From Emiliania huxleyi CCMP1516 (Eukaryota), in the NCBI RefSeq assembly GCF_000372725.1, contig NW_005202113.1, positions 1 to 64,000 of the forward strand: 64,000 nt of DNA, written 5' to 3'. Below, in pieces: positions 34,603-47,352 of this stretch; within the stretch, counting starts at the first letter, position 1; each line of letters begins with the position of its first letter. The notes under the pieces were generated by a model. That model was given only the letters and a program-made list of their open reading frames with translations. It searched no databases and was not told the origin of the DNA. Position numbers and translations under genes: made by a program.

Positions 34603-37176
34603 ATGACGCCCCGCTCGCTCTTTGCGCTGCTCGCGCTCTCGTCCACCGATGCCTGCACCATGTACGGCGTCAGCCGCACCGCGAGCGCCGATGGATCCAC
34701 CATGGTCTCGCACAGCGACGACGGCGCCGGAGACTCAGATTCTCGGCTCTCGTATGTACCTCCCGCGCGGCACAAGCCTGGCTCGATGCGAGACATCTAC
34801 CCTACCATCGACGAGTACCCAAAATTCATCGGAGACGCCTTTGGCAAGACCTTTCTGCCGCTTCCAGGGCAGGCGCTCACAAAGCCGATCGGACAAATCC
34901 CACAGGTTGAGGCGACGCACGGCTACTACCTCAACGGCTACGCCATCCAGAACGACTGCGAGCTGAGCTTCGGCGAGAGCACCGCCTCGGCGGTCTTCCG
35001 TGCCGATGCGGTCGGGACGCCAAACGGCACCGCCCTCCTCGCCATTGAGGCGAGCTGAGCCGCTCGCCGCCACGACCGTCCTGCTACTTCCCTTCTGAGC
35101 GTCGGCATTCGGCTGTAGGAGCTGAGCCACCTCGCCGCGGAGCGCGTCTGCACGGCGAGGGAGGCGGTCCAGCTGATGGGCGACCTCGCCGTCCAGTACG
35201 GCTTCTTCGGGCCGGATGGCGGCGCGGGCGAGATGCTGGTCGTCGGAGACCCGGACGAGGTCTTCGTCTTCCACATCCTCTCTGACCCGACGGCGAGGAG
35301 CGCCATCTGGGCGGCGCAGCGGGTGCCCGAGGGGGAGGTGATGGTGGCGGCCAACCACTTTGTCATCCGCGAAGTGGACCTCGACGACGCGGACCGCTTC
35401 CTCGGCTCGCCGCACATGCACCGCGTCGCGCTGCAGCACGGCCTGTGGGACGGGAGAGGGAAGCTCGACTTCACCGCCGCCTTCTCGCTCGGCGAGTACG
35501 GAAACAAGTGCGGCTCGCCCCCGCCGCAGGCCCGAGGCGCCACTCCGTCGCACACGCACCTAGCCGCCTCCGCCCGCCAGGTACTACTCCGGCCGTCGGA
35601 TGTGGGACGGCTTCCGCCGCTTCGCGCCGTCGGTGGCGCTCCCACCCGCGTACAACAGCACCGACCCGTGGAGCGGGCTCAAGGAGAGCAGGCCGTACCC
35701 CTTCTCCGTCCCGCCGGACGCGCCGCTCGCCCTGACCGACCTGCTCGCCGCCCACCGCTCCCACTACGAGGGGACGAGCTTCGACATGACGCGCGGCGTC
35801 GCCGCGGGCCCCTTCGGCTCGCCCGATCGCTACGCCGTCCCGGGCACGCCAGGCGACACGAAGAGGGGCGCGTGGGAGCGCTCCGTCGCAATCTACCGCG
35901 CCGCCTTCGCCTGGATCGCGCAGGCGGGCGGGAGCGCGGACAGGGACCGCAAGCAGGACTCCGCCGTAGTGGACAGGGACTCCGCCGCGGCGTCGGGTGC
36001 GGTCGCCCTCCAGAAACTCCTTCCGGACCCTCCTCCCGAGGAGACCGGCGCGCTGCGACGGGGCGACCGCGGGGACGGGTGCGGCTGCCGCAGCAAGATC
36101 TGGTTCGGGCCTGCCGACCCCGCCACCACAGTCTTTGTGCCTCTGAGTGTCTGCGCGGGCCCTCCGCCCGAGCAGTACACGCGCGGAGGGCCGGGCAAGG
36201 TGGACCGCGAGTCGGCGTACTGGGCGCACCGGTACACGCAGAACCTGGCGCAGGTCCGCTACTCGGCGATGATCGTCGACATCCGCGCCCACTCGCTGGA
36301 GTGGGAGGAGCAGGGCGCGGCGCTGGCCCTCCAGATCGGCGCTCTCCAGTGCGGCGGCGGCGCCCCAGGCCAAGGCCAGGCAGCCTCCCCTCCGCCCGAC
36401 GCGCTGCAGCGCCTCCGCGGCGACTCGGCCCCGAGCCTCCGCCGGCAGATTGAGCGGCACGCGGCGGCGGTGCTCGCGCCTCGACGCGGAAGCAGCTCAG
36501 CCGTCTCGGAGCCCTCCCGGAACCTGCTTGGGAGCTCCTGCAGGTGCTCGCCTCGACGTGGGCGCTGACCGACGACCTCGTTGGCAAGTACGCAGACGGC
36601 GGAGAGGCGGCGCCGCGGGCGGGGCTCGAGCGCCGCCAGGCGGTCGCCGTCTCCAACCTCGGCTACAGCAGCGAGTGGCTGGCCGCCGCCGGCTTCGACA
36701 GCGGCCCGGCGCGCATCGAAGGGCACATCGCGGCAGAGGCGACGCCCGGCTGGCTCGAGCGGCAGCAGCTGCTGGGCCGCACCGAGCCGGCGGTGGCGGC
36801 GGTTGCGCTCCCCGCCCCCTCTCTTCGAGGCGCGGACACGGAGGCTCAACGCCAGGACGCCGCTCGTGCTCCTCAGACGCTCCGAGTCGTTGCGGTGTTG
36901 GCGTTCGCCGCCGCCGTCGTGGCCGCCGCCGCCGTGGCCGCCGCCGTTCGCAGGGTTGCGGCTTCGACGCGGGCGGTGCTACCGCTGGCGGTGCGACGAG
37001 AGTGGTCGATCCAGCGCCTCCACCCATGCTTAACGGTGCATCGTTGTGACTGGTGTAGGACAGCGCCGAGTACCAACAAGTCGCGTAGAGGCAAGAGACG
37101 AGCTCGCGCGAGGCGGCATCGCCCGCATGCTGGACAGTTCCTTTCACTATGCACACGCGTTCACCGTTCGGCCTAG
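34603..37176 (+). CDS. Peptidase family C69 (dipeptidase, Ntn-hydrolase), secreted or membrane-anchored, spliced
   Basis: Signal peptide then ACT..SADGSTMVSHSDD; GEST, TAREAVQLMG, WAAQRVP..ANHF, HRSHYEGT.FD, WERSV; the stop position is approximate. Confidence 0.88.
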
Positions 37177-39651
37177 CTAGATGGGTGGGGTTAGGGCCGT
37201 CCGCGCCACTTGGCCCTCCCGCTGGCCATCCGCGCGGCCGCGGGTACCGCCAGGTGACAAGTTTGTTTGTATTCGTACACGTAAAATAATATGTAAATTC
37301 GTCAAATGAGACACGCCCCCCGGGGGGCGCCAGGTTATGTCTTATGTCTCACTTTTTGGATTTTGCCAGTGTTGTGCACCCTCTGGGGTTGCAGTATGTG
37401 ATGCCTAGAGCACCTTTGATGCCGCAAAAGTACGCCGCCAGCTGCCTTCTCAGTGACGTGTGAGCTGTGAGCTGGCGTGACCCTTCCCCCGCGGGGCCCC
37501 TGCGTGGGTGTGGGCTCGGGCGCGTCCAGCCGGGAAGGGGCGGCAAGGGCGGCGGCGAGGGCGGTGGTAGGGGTGGCGGGTGAGAGGGCGGCGGCGGCGG
37601 CGAGGGCAGCGACGAGGGCGGTGGGGGCGAGGGTGGCTGCGCGAGGGTGGCGGGGGCAATGGTAAGGGTGAGGGTGGGGGCGGCAAGGCGGCAGCGAGGG
37701 CGGCGGGGGCGTGGTAGGTGGCGGCGACGGCAGCAAGGATGGTGGTGGGGGTAAGCTAAGGGCGGTGTGGCGGCGAGGGCGGCGGTGGAGACGGTGGTGA
37801 CGAGGCTCGAGGGTGGCGGCGGCGGTGGAGACGGTGGTGACGAGGCTCGAGGGTGGCGGCGGCGGTGACTGACGGAGGCGGCAATGGCGGGGCGGGGCGG
37901 CGGGGGGCGAGGGCAAGAGCGGTGGCATGCCGGCCGGCGCGGCGGAGGCTGGCGGGTTGGGAGGGGGCTGGGAGGGCAGCGGCGAGGGCGCGGCGGTAGG
38001 GACGGCGGGTGAGAGGAAGGCAGCGGGGCGGCTGGAGGCGAGGGCGAGAACGGCGGCATGCCGGAGGAGCCGAGGGGGCGAGAGCGCGATTTCTGCCCAA
38101 GGCAGCGCGCAGGCCACTGCGCAGACACAGCCGGCTCTCCCCGAGCCGCCACTGGGCGCTCCCGCGGTCCCCTCCGAGCTGAATGTGGCCTCCGGAGCGG
38201 GCGGCGCGAGCGTCTAAGTCTACTCAGAGCCTTTTACGCTCTTCTTTGCGACCGGCAGGTCTCTGCGAGAGCCCCGACCTCCCGACACGCACATCGATAC
38301 CTGTCTGCCCTCCCACTTGCTCAGCGCTCGTGCTCCCTCCCCTCGTAGGCCAAGCGGGAAAAACGAGCTGATAAAGTCAGAAAGGAGCCGCGACGCGCCG
38401 CTAGCGGGTACCGTAGCGCTACTGAACGAGACGCCGGACACGGTGCTCGCGCTGCTGCTGCCTTCGGGAGCGCGGCAGCCACTTCTCGCGCTGCCCTACG
38501 CACCTTCGCCGACCTCCACGCCATCGCGGATGGCGGCCAGCGCTACCGGCGCCACCGGCCGCGCCGGCCGCGCCGCTGCCGGCCGCTGCTGCTCTGTAGC
38601 AGTGATCCCTTGCGCAGGATCGCCCTCGGCGCCGCGGCTGAGGCCTGGGGAGACAGCGTGAGGGTGTCTGTGGTGGATACGGGCCCTTTGCACCTCGTGT
38701 CGCTGCGCGCTAGAGCAGCGGCGGCCCGCCTAGGGGGCTCAAGGCGGCCTGCCGGTGCGGAGAGTGGGCCCCTAACGTGAAACACCGAACCCCCGGTGGG
38801 GGGCCAACTTTGAGTGGTTATGCCGAGTACTGTTTATGTTGTGGGGCTGCTGTGGGCGGTTTTGGGCGTCCCTGGGGTACCTTCTGGAAGGGTCTGGCCC
38901 CGTTGGTTCGGGGAGCCTCGCGTCTAGGGGGTGTATTCACGAAAGGTACCAGTGGCCATCCTGCATTCGTCCCTACCTACAATCTGCTACAAGACCGGCG
39001 CCCACACGCTGCAGCTCCTGCGCATGGTCTCCGCGCAGGAGGACATGTTCATGAGCATGCGCACGACGGCAAGGGGCGCGGCACGCCGCGGCTCAAGGAG
39101 ACGGCCGCTTCAGAAAGGTCAAGACACAAGAGATCGAGACGGACACGGTCAATCAACGCTCACGCACGGACAGCACGTGACAGCACTTCACAGCAGCGCC
39201 ACCGCCTCCTAGAAACCGTAACCGACCCGTTCGAGATCGAGTCGCTCACGTCGTTCCTCTCGAACGCGAATGCGCAGGCAGGCGCGGGAGGGCCTGGCCC
39301 ACTGACCGACGGCGTGCCCAGTACACGAGTCACGACACGCCACGGACGGAGCACGGTGTGTAGACCCTACACTGTAGAGCCGTAATGCGTAAAGCCGTAC
39401 ACGCACGTCAAACAAAACGCAAGGTCAACCCCCGGCAAGATACACTTTTTCTCGGGGGTTCGCTGGGTGTGGACATCGGGATGCTGCGCAACCGTGTCAA
39501 CCCACGCGCCCCGGTACGACAGGTTAGGTTTGGCGTCGTGTATTTCGCCTTCTTCATGGTTTCTCATGCTGCATGGAACCGTTTGCCCCGACGGCATCGG
39601 GCGCCATCGGCATCGGGGAGAGCGAACCTCCTCTGGCGCGCGCGTGCGTCG

Positions 39652-41906
39652 CTACTCCTCGCAGACAAACTGGTCGGTCGACGGCGCCCAGATGTCCTCC
39701 CCGCAGTCGGCGTCCTCGACAGCCTGCTGGATGCCGAAGGAGGTCATCACGACGACGGCGACGGCGATGATCCCTCCGAGCAAAAACACGACGTACGACG
39801 GCCGCCCCGTCCTCTGGATGAGCCGCCGCACGAGCCGCTGGCCGGTCTGGCCGCCGACCGCGCCGACGGCGGCGAACCAGAGGAACATCTGCCAGGAGAG
39901 CTTGCCGATGGTGAGGTACTTTACCGTGCCGCCCATCGCGGTGAAGAGGATCATAAAGCCGGTGGTCGCGGTGCCGACCTGCGGCTGGAAGTCGAGCGCG
40001 ACGAAGATGGGGCCGAGGATCATCCCGCCGCCGATGCCGAGCAGCCCCGCCGCGGCTCCGGCGCCGACAGCGGCGGGGACGAGCATCCCCGCCGACTTGC
40101 GCGACCAGACGATGTCGCCGGCGACGGGCTCGATGCCCGCCTCGAGCATGCGAGCTCCCTCCGCGATGTTGCGGCGCGCCATGTAGAGCGTGGTTGCGCC
40201 GTAGAAGAAGAAGGGGGAGACGTAGGCCGGCCAGTACCCCACCACGCAGTTTGTGAAGTCTGGGTCGAAGATCTCGCCGAGGAGGAGGGAGTAGACGACG
40301 AAGAAGGTGACCATCGGGCCGAGGAGAGCCCTTGCGAGGGGGGGGGGGGGGGGGGCACTTCCCCAAGTTTGGGCAAACAAAAGGGGGCGGGAGTATGGCC
40401 AAGGGAGGATTGAAAAGGAAGGATGGTAAGGGGAGCACCTAAAAGGGGGGGGGGTGGGCGCCTGGGGGGGAAAAAGGGGGGAGCTTTTTTCCGTGTGGGG
40501 GGGGGGAAAAAGCTCTTTCATCGCCTCTTTTAGGGGGCGCCGCCCATACTCCTCGCGTGGAGACGGGGGCCTCTCCCCCCCCGAATTTTTTTTTTAGGGC
40601 CCCTGTTCCCCTGGACTTCCCGCGGCCCCGNNNNNNNNNNNNNNNNNNNNNNNNNNNNNNNNNNNNNNNNNNNNNNNNNNNNNNNNNNNNNNNNNNNNNN
40701 NNNNNNNNNNNNNNNNNNNNNNNNNNNNNNGGGGGGGGGAGAGGGCGCTCTCGACGTCGTCTATCGAGGGCCGCGCACCATGCCCACGGCTGGAAGCGGC
40801 GGGCCTGCGCCGCCAGGATCTTCTTCTTGAGCGCCTCGTTGCCCTGCACATCGAGCGCGACCAGGTTGGCAGACGAGCCAACATTGGACGTGCCAGCCTC
40901 CGACGCGCCGTCGCCGGTGCTGCCGTCGCCGCCCTCCTTGCCCTCCGCCTCGAGCGCGACAGCCTGCCGCAGGGTGGGAGGCGGCGCGTCTCCCTCGCCC
41001 GCCCCGGCCGGCCTTGCCGCCTTCTTCTCCGGCGCAGCAAAGGCCTTCGTCTCCGCAGCCCGCCTGTCGCCAGGCGAGGCCGGGCGGTCGTGGAGGGGGG
41101 GGGGCGTACCTAGGGGGGGTGAGGCTCCCCTCTCTGTCTCTCTCCCTCCCGGGCGGGGGCGCGCGCTTGGCGATGCCCTTCTTGATGGTCTTGTACGCGT
41201 TGAAGCCGAGCACCAGCGCCGAGAGCATGATGATGACAACCTGAGGCGCGAGGGGAGAGGGGCGGGGGTTGGAGCGCTCAGCCTCGCCTCTCTCTCCGCG
41301 CCGCCGTGTGCCCCTCGCCGACGCGTGCGTGTGGCCTGGCGGCTGCGGGCTCTACTCTGCGTGGGACGCCTCTCGCCTGAGGCAGCAGCAGGTTGAAGAG
41401 CACTCCGAGGACGACGCCCATCAGCTCGCCGCCCTGCATGAAGACGGCAGTCTTGTAGTCGATCAGCGGCCGGTCAACGTGCGGGTGCCGCTGCGACCAG
41501 AGGAAGGCGAAGTTGCCGCACGCAACTCCGAAGATGGTCCCCTTTGACAGCGCGACGGCAAGCGTCTGCGGCACGTCGAGGCCGATAAAGTAGAGCGGGA
41601 CGAGGAGGCCGCCGCCGCCGATGCCCGCCGAGACGGCCAGCGAGGTTATGATCCAGCAGAGCACGGTGACGACGCCGAGGCTGGCCGGGCTGAGGCCGTC
41701 ATCGCCAAAGAGGGGGTCATTAAAGTGGTCGACGCCAGAGTCAGAGTAGTTGCTGCAGCCTGCAAAAGCCGCCTGAGGAGAGAGGGAGCGCTGGCGCTCA
41801 CCGCGGAGAGGCTAGACTGGCTCGTCCACGGGCAGGTGGAGGGAGTGTGTGCGACGGGCGACGCGCGGAGTGCGTCGCGCGCCTGCGGAAGCAGCGCGAG
41901 CGCCAT
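39652..41906 (-). CDS. Eukaryotic TauE/SafE family transporter, spliced, spanning a gap
   Basis: AGIGGGGLLVP, LSKGTIFG, RHP..RPLIDY, AGLLGIGGGMILGP, GRPSYVVF. Confidence 0.88.
40631..40730. other. Assembly gap (100 N) with low-quality flank
   Basis: N run; homopolymer-rich sequence at 40340-40630. Confidence 1.
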
Positions 41907-42459
41907 AGACCCTTTCCGCCTCTTTTCGAAGAGGCCCCTTCCACGAGAGGCACCTGTGAGAACGAGGTCACTCGTCGAGGTCACAGGCGCCGCCGCATGT
42001 TTTTTCTTTCGAGAGAGTTCTTAAGATACAAGCCTCTCTCACGAGAGAGCTTGTATTTTAAGAATTCTTTCGTTTTGCCGATCAAAGTCGTCTGTTGTGT
42101 CGTTGTGCCCTTGTTTGTACTCTTGGCAACCCGGCCGTGGAGTGCTGGGGGGGGCGACAGGGAGGATGTGGCCCTGAGTTATGTGTACGCCAACTCAGGG
42201 TGTGTGGCAGCCACGCTGGCTGTGTGTCTTGTGAGGTTGTGAGAGCCTGTTTGTGTCTGTGTGTCGCTCGTGCGTGTCGTCATCATCTGTCCAGCGTCCA
42301 CCCATACCGCGTTGGTGTCCAGTCCGAGCCTGGCTGTTCTTCACCTTCCTACATACATACATACATCAAAGTGGAGGTCCGGTACAGGTGCTTGTCGCGA
42401 GAGTGGATCTGAGCAACGAGAGATGTACTCTACGACTTTTGCCTGATCGGAGCAGGAGT

Positions 42460-43105
42460 CAGAAAGAAGAGAGGGTTTCTTGCGCGAGGAGAGCTCGCCT
42501 GTGGAGCTGGGGGGCCCGGAAACAAACGAGGAGAGCGATGTTACGCCAAAGCAAAAGGTGAGAGAAGCGCGAGAGCAAGGGCTCGGAACGAGGCGTCGGC
42601 GTCGTCGCAGAACGAGGCCGAGGAGAGCGTGAGGCAGAGGACGACGCGGCAGGACGACGAGAGTGGGACAACCGCGTGCCCCGGTGGTGGCGTGAAAGTT
42701 GCTGCGAGATTTGGCGAGCAAGAGACTGCGAAGAGAGTCTCTCTAGAAACAAAGAGGCAGACGCCCAACATGACTTTTAGTTGCGAGGTGTGTCTTGAGC
42801 TAAGACAGCCCATGGGCAAACATGGGAGACGGCTAAAGCCGTAGCACATGGGCTAGCACCACACTCCGCTTTCTCTCTCCTTCTTCCTACCTTGTGTTTT
42901 GGCTTTTGCTTGCACGCCTTTTATTTTTAAAATCCCAAATCCACCATCTAAAAATCCCACCGTGTGGTGCTGGTGCGTGTGGTGGCGCTGGGCCCCACTG
43001 GCCAGTCACTGGGGCGGCGTGGCGGGGGGCGGCGTGCCCCCTGTCGCCTGCACGGTTCACGTTATCCCGTCGCTCCCTTGGGTTGTCTACTTTCTTTCTT
43101 TCTTC
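42460..43105 (+). mobile_element. Diverged family B retroelement 3' end
   Basis: PGGGVKVAARFGE, GGAGACGGCTAA (GDG*), UTR ending CCCTTGGGTTGTCTAC(TTTC)n. Confidence 0.65.
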
Positions 43106-43147
43106 CAGAAATAATTAAGACCCCTCCGCGCCCCATACCGTGTTATG

Positions 43148-43987
43148 CTAGATCTCGTCGTTGTCCGATAAGTGCGGCCGAATCGGCACGAATCCGTCGT
43201 CGCGAAACAGGTGCTTCGCCGCCGGGTCGGCCGCCTGCTTGCCTCGCGACGGGAAGGCCGTCTTGAGGCCCACCTGCGGGTGGCGCGCAGGGCCGCGTCA
43301 CGGGCAAGAGGGCGCGGGCGGGTTGCGGCGGGGCACGGCGCTGGGGCGGGGTGGCCGCTTGCAGCGTGCCAAGCGGACCTGCACGAGCCCGAGTAGCGTC
43401 CCGACGAGGTTGGGCCCCCACACCCAGACGTCCCCGATGGCGAAGCCGTAGACGGTCCAGGTGCCGCAGTTGACGCACTGGGCGAGCGTGAGCGGCGCGT
43501 AGATCGAGGTCGAGTCTCCGGTCGCCAGCACGAGCGCCGCTGTCGAGAGCGGCGAGGCAAACAGGATGACGCAGAGAGCCGAGCCGTACAGCCCGAGGTA
43601 GTAGGAGCGGGTTTCGGCCGTGCAGCCCGAGAAAATGATGCCGCCCCAGAGGGCCAGCTCGAACGCCACCCCTCCGACGACGATCGCCTGCACGTTCCAC
43701 CGCTGCGCATGCGCCTCCCGCGGGATCAGAGGCAGGGTGCTCACATAGTAGATGATCGACGCGAGCACGCCCGGCGCGTTTGCGGCGAAGAGGTACGCGT
43801 TCGGGACGGACAGCCCGTACATGGCCCAAGCAATCGTGCTCAAGACCATGATGGCCTGAGGAAGCGGGTTGAAGTTGCCGAGCAGGCCGCTCCGAACTAC
43901 GGCCGCGACGCCCGACGCCGGGGCAAAGTAGAGCGCGTTGGAAAGGACGACTCCGATGACAGGAAAGACGGTCTCGATGAAGCTCAT
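43148..43987 (-). CDS. SWEET: SWEET (MtN3/saliva) sugar transporter, 2 exons
   Basis: NALYFAP, FNPLP, WAMYG, LFASPLS, WTVYGFAIGDVWVWGPNLVG. Confidence 0.92.
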
Positions 43988-44156
43988 CGGGCGATTGCGC
44001 GCTCCGGCAACGGATCGCCGCGCGGTCGCGCTGACGCGGCACCCAGCGGCGATGGATATCAGCGGGGGGGGAAAGAATTGCGGCACGCCTCCAAGTGCTC
44101 CAAGAATACCCAGTCCCACCCAGTCCCACACAAGTTTCGGACTGGCGGGGGTTATA

Positions 44157-44800
44157 AATGAGCAGGCAGCACAAGCAGCCACACAACCCAGCTTTGGATG
44201 CTTGGTTGCTCACGGCGACGCCCAATGCGTGCGCCGGTAGGGGGGAGTGTGTGCGCGCGTGTGTGAGATGTGGATTGTGGCAGGCCTGCTGCTGCTGGTG
44301 GGAAGTGTGCTGTGTGTGTGGCGCTGCGCTGGCGTGTGGCGCGCGCGTGCTGTGCGCGTGTGCGTGTTGGATCCGCGTGTGCGTCTGCGTGTGTTGCGCG
44401 CGCGCCGCCGGTGTGTGCTGTGTGCTGTACTCTGCTGTGCGCCCTGTTTGTGAGTCTTTGAGGCGCAGGCCTGGCTGGCAGGGCTGCGCGGTGGGCTGCG
44501 GCGCGCTGCGGGTGTTCGTGCGCCTGCCTGGTGATGTGCGGCGGCCGCGCAGCCCGCCCGACCGGGTCGTCGGCGGCCCAGGGCGCGGGCATGCGGTCTG
44601 CGCTGCATGTGAGGCTGTGTGCGCGGCCGGCGCGTATGTTTCCGTGCGGTGAGGGACGCGCGTATGTGTTCACGCTGCGGGCGCGGGCGGGCGCGGGGGG
44701 CGGCGTGGTCTCACCGCGGTCCGACGTCGGTTGGTCTTCGGCTTGGCGAGGGCGGGCGCGCAAAGAGGCCTTGCCGCCATCGCGTTGCCGCGAAGGAAAA
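44157..44800 (-). repeat. Second copy of the 9130-9775 repeat
   Basis: High identity by eye. Confidence 0.85.
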
Positions 44801-44866
44801 AGAATCCTATTTTTTAGCTTAATTAATGGGAGAAAAGGAGAGGGAGCTAGACCCAGGGTCCAACAA

Positions 44867-44939
44867 CATGTGCATGTGCATGTGCATGTGCATGTGCATG
44901 TGCATGTGCATGTGCATGTCATGTTGTTGTTGTTGTTGT
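44867..44939. repeat. (CATGTG)n and (TTG)n microsatellites
   Basis: Seen directly. Confidence 0.95.
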
Positions 44940-44988
44940 AACCACATCATCCAAGATCCGTAGGCGCCCGCGTTGCACGCACATCTGA

Positions 44989-45993
44989 CTACTCGGAGGA
45001 CTCGGACTCGCTGGACGCGCCCATCTTTGTCGCCCAGCGGGAGGGCTGTGGTTCGACGAAGGGGCTCCATTCGCAGAGCCTGGCGCAGTCGGCGGCCATC
45101 CCACGTCGCACGCAAGCGTCGCAGAGGGTGAGGCGGCATCCGCTGCAACGCAAGACCGGGGCGCAGTCCGAGCACACGTGCGCCTCGCAGCCATCACACT
45201 TCATGCACAGGGTGAGATGCTCATCTTGGTGGTTTGCACCCCAGCGGAGGAAGCGCTCCTCCGCGCAGTAGATTGTCGAGCAAAGCGCGCAGCGCGCGAG
45301 CCCCGCCTCGAAGGCACAGTCGGTGTTGCCGCCCCAGCAAACCTTGAAGCCGCATTCGGCACACCCGCGGAGCAGCTCGACCTCTGAGACCGGCCCCCAG
45401 CCCATCGAGCGAGCGGCCACCTTGACGGATGGCGACGGAAGCGTCATCACGGCCTCGCAGAAGCCGCAACGGTCCAGCGTCAGGCCGCGAGGGAACGCGA
45501 GGTCGAGGGACTGGAGGTTGGACGTGAGCCAGAGTAACGAGCCGGGGATGCGACGGCAGCACTGGTGCATTTGCAGGTAGGCAAGCTTCGAGGGAAGGAT
45601 GGGTAGGAGAGACTGGTCGTCGATTTGCGGGCAGTTGAAGAGCGACAGCGCGAGCAGGTCGGGTGCTTGCTTGCGCAAGTCACCAAAGCATTCTGCGCTG
45701 AGTCCTTGAAAGCCGGACAGGGAGATCTCCTGAACCCGACCCATGGCGAGGCAGCGCCGAAGTGCTACATTGGTGAAGCAGTCACTTTGGAGATCGCACC
45801 CTACCTGCCCCTCTCTGGCGGCGTGCAGCGAAAGCGTGCGATGCAGCGATGGCCTCGATGCCACGTTCGCCCAGAGGACGCAAACACGCATGGCGCGGTA
45901 CGTCGAGAGCGAGCCGGCAAAATACAAGCAGAGCTCAAGCACGTCTCCCGTGAGCACATCCTCCCACCGTTGGGTGGGACCGTTGTCAGCCAT
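44989..45993 (-). CDS. F-box/LRR-like protein with Cys-rich C-terminus
   Basis: LTGDVLELCLYF..MRVCVLWANVA (F-box), LSLFNCPQIDD (LRR) and many CxxC pairs. Confidence 0.65.
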   Translation of the reverse strand: MADNGPTQRWEDVLTGDVLELCLYFAGSLSTYRAMRVCVLWANVASRPSLHRTLSLHAAREGQVGCDLQSDCFTNVALRRCLAMGRVQEISLSGFQGLSAECFGDLRKQAPDLLALSLFNCPQIDDQSLLPILPSKLAYLQMHQCCRRIPGSLLWLTSNLQSLDLAFPRGLTLDRCGFCEAVMTLPSPSVKVAARSMGWGPVSEVELLRGCAECGFKVCWGGNTDCAFEAGLARCALCSTIYCAEERFLRWGANHQDEHLTLCMKCDGCEAHVCSDCAPVLRCSGCRLTLCDACVRRGMAADCARLCEWSPFVEPQPSRWATKMGASSESESSE

Positions 45994-46338
45994 TTTTGAC
46001 CGCTCCGTGACACGCGTGACGGCTCGACGAGCGAAGGCTCCCGAGGTCTCGAGAAGTTCTTCCGTCGATTTAAAATGATTTAAAATGAGAGCAGGGCTCT
46101 CGACCCCCTGGGCTAGTAGATGGGGAGCGTGGACCGAGGTGCTATGTGGAATGTATTTGTTTCGGTTCGTGAATCGTGAGTCGTGTGCGCGAGGGCGCCC
46201 GTGTCCCCGGACCCCGCCGTGCGCCGTCCGCCGAGAGACAACATCAACAAAAGAGAAAAGTATGGGCGCTCCTTCAAAACAAAATAGAAGTGTACGGCCG
46301 AGAACGAAAAGGCAGCGGGCGACAGCCACGAGTGACCG

Positions 46339-47352
46339 TCACGGCACCGGCGATACGAGCGCCTCGGCACTCGATTGGCTCGCCTGCCTCGCGACCGCGG
46401 CGTCCCCCAGCTGGAGCGGGTTGAGCGCCTTGTGGCCGATGTGCGGCGCGAGGAAGGTTAGCGGGCGCGACATCGTCGACGAGTACGTGAGCACGCCGCG
46501 GTGCCTGTACTCGTACAGGGCGGCTCCGTCGGCGTCAAAGAGGAAGGTGCCGCCGCGCTGCGCGAGCTTCGTGGGGTTGGCGACGTAGGTGCTCCACCTG
46601 CCGAGCACCTCCACCATGTTCCGCAACCGGACGGTCGCGAGCTCGACCGGCCTCTGGTAGCCCTCCTCCTCCGCCCAGCCGTTCGCGTACGAGATTGGCC
46701 CGAGCTTGACCGGGCCGACGCCCGGCCCGATGACGACCGGGCCCGCGGTAACGACGGCGTCGGGCGCAAGCCGCTCTGGCGCGGAGCGGTCGCCGAGGTA
46801 TCCGCGGAGGATCTCTGGCAGCGTTCCGGGCGCGCCGATCCCGGCGCACATGGCCAGGTAGCGCAGCCAGGCGGTGAAGGCTGGGCGGAGTTGGGCGTCG
46901 TCAGCAGGGACGCCGCCGGGAAGCGTGCCGAGTAGCGCGGTCAGCACGCTGTCCGGAACTGCGTCCGGCACGCTCCACTCTGGCCCGGCGTGCAATCCGA
47001 GTGCCTCGTGGATCGCAGCGTCCGGGTCAACGCGCAGCACGTCCAGCGGCAGGCCAGTGAACTCGCTGAAGCGGCCGGCTCCGGCGGCGTCCCCGATGCC
47101 GACGACACACAGGTCAATGCTCGCCTCCTGCAGGTCCGGCCGCACAGCCACGAGCTGCTCGCACATCTCTGCGCTGTCAAACTCGCCGAGCTGAGGCAGG
47201 AGCACGACGAGAGCCTTGCGGCCCCGGCTGCTGAGCGGAGAGGTCAGGCTGCCGTCTCTCGGATCGACGACCCGCGCGGCCTGAAGCGTCTGAAAGGAGG
47301 GCGAGAGCGGAGCCGCGGTCGCGAGCGGTAGTGAGAGAAACAGCAAAGACAT
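46339..47352 (-). CDS. AhpC/TSA_2 (peroxiredoxin-like) thioredoxin-fold protein, probably plastid
   Basis: [38 protein letters not shown]. Confidence 0.85.
   Translation of the reverse strand: MSLLFLSLPLATAAPLSPSFQTLQAARVVDPRDGSLTSPLSSRGRKALVVLLPQLGEFDSAEMCEQLVAVRPDLQEASIDLCVVGIGDAAGAGRFSEFTGLPLDVLRVDPDAAIHEALGLHAGPEWSVPDAVPDSVLTALLGTLPGGVPADDAQLRPAFTAWLRYLAMCAGIGAPGTLPEILRGYLGDRSAPERLAPDAVVTAGPVVIGPGVGPVKLGPISYANGWAEEEGYQRPVELATVRLRNMVEVLGRWSTYVANPTKLAQRGGTFLFDADGAALYEYRHRGVLTYSSTMSRPLTFLAPHIGHKALNPLQLGDAAVARQASQSSAEALVSPVP

Noticed and set aside
37335..39400. Pro-rich and other ORFs
   Set aside because: Low complexity or no recognisable motif; a gene cannot be supported.
40340..40630. Homopolymer-rich odd sequence
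   Set aside because: Likely a low-quality read end next to the gap.
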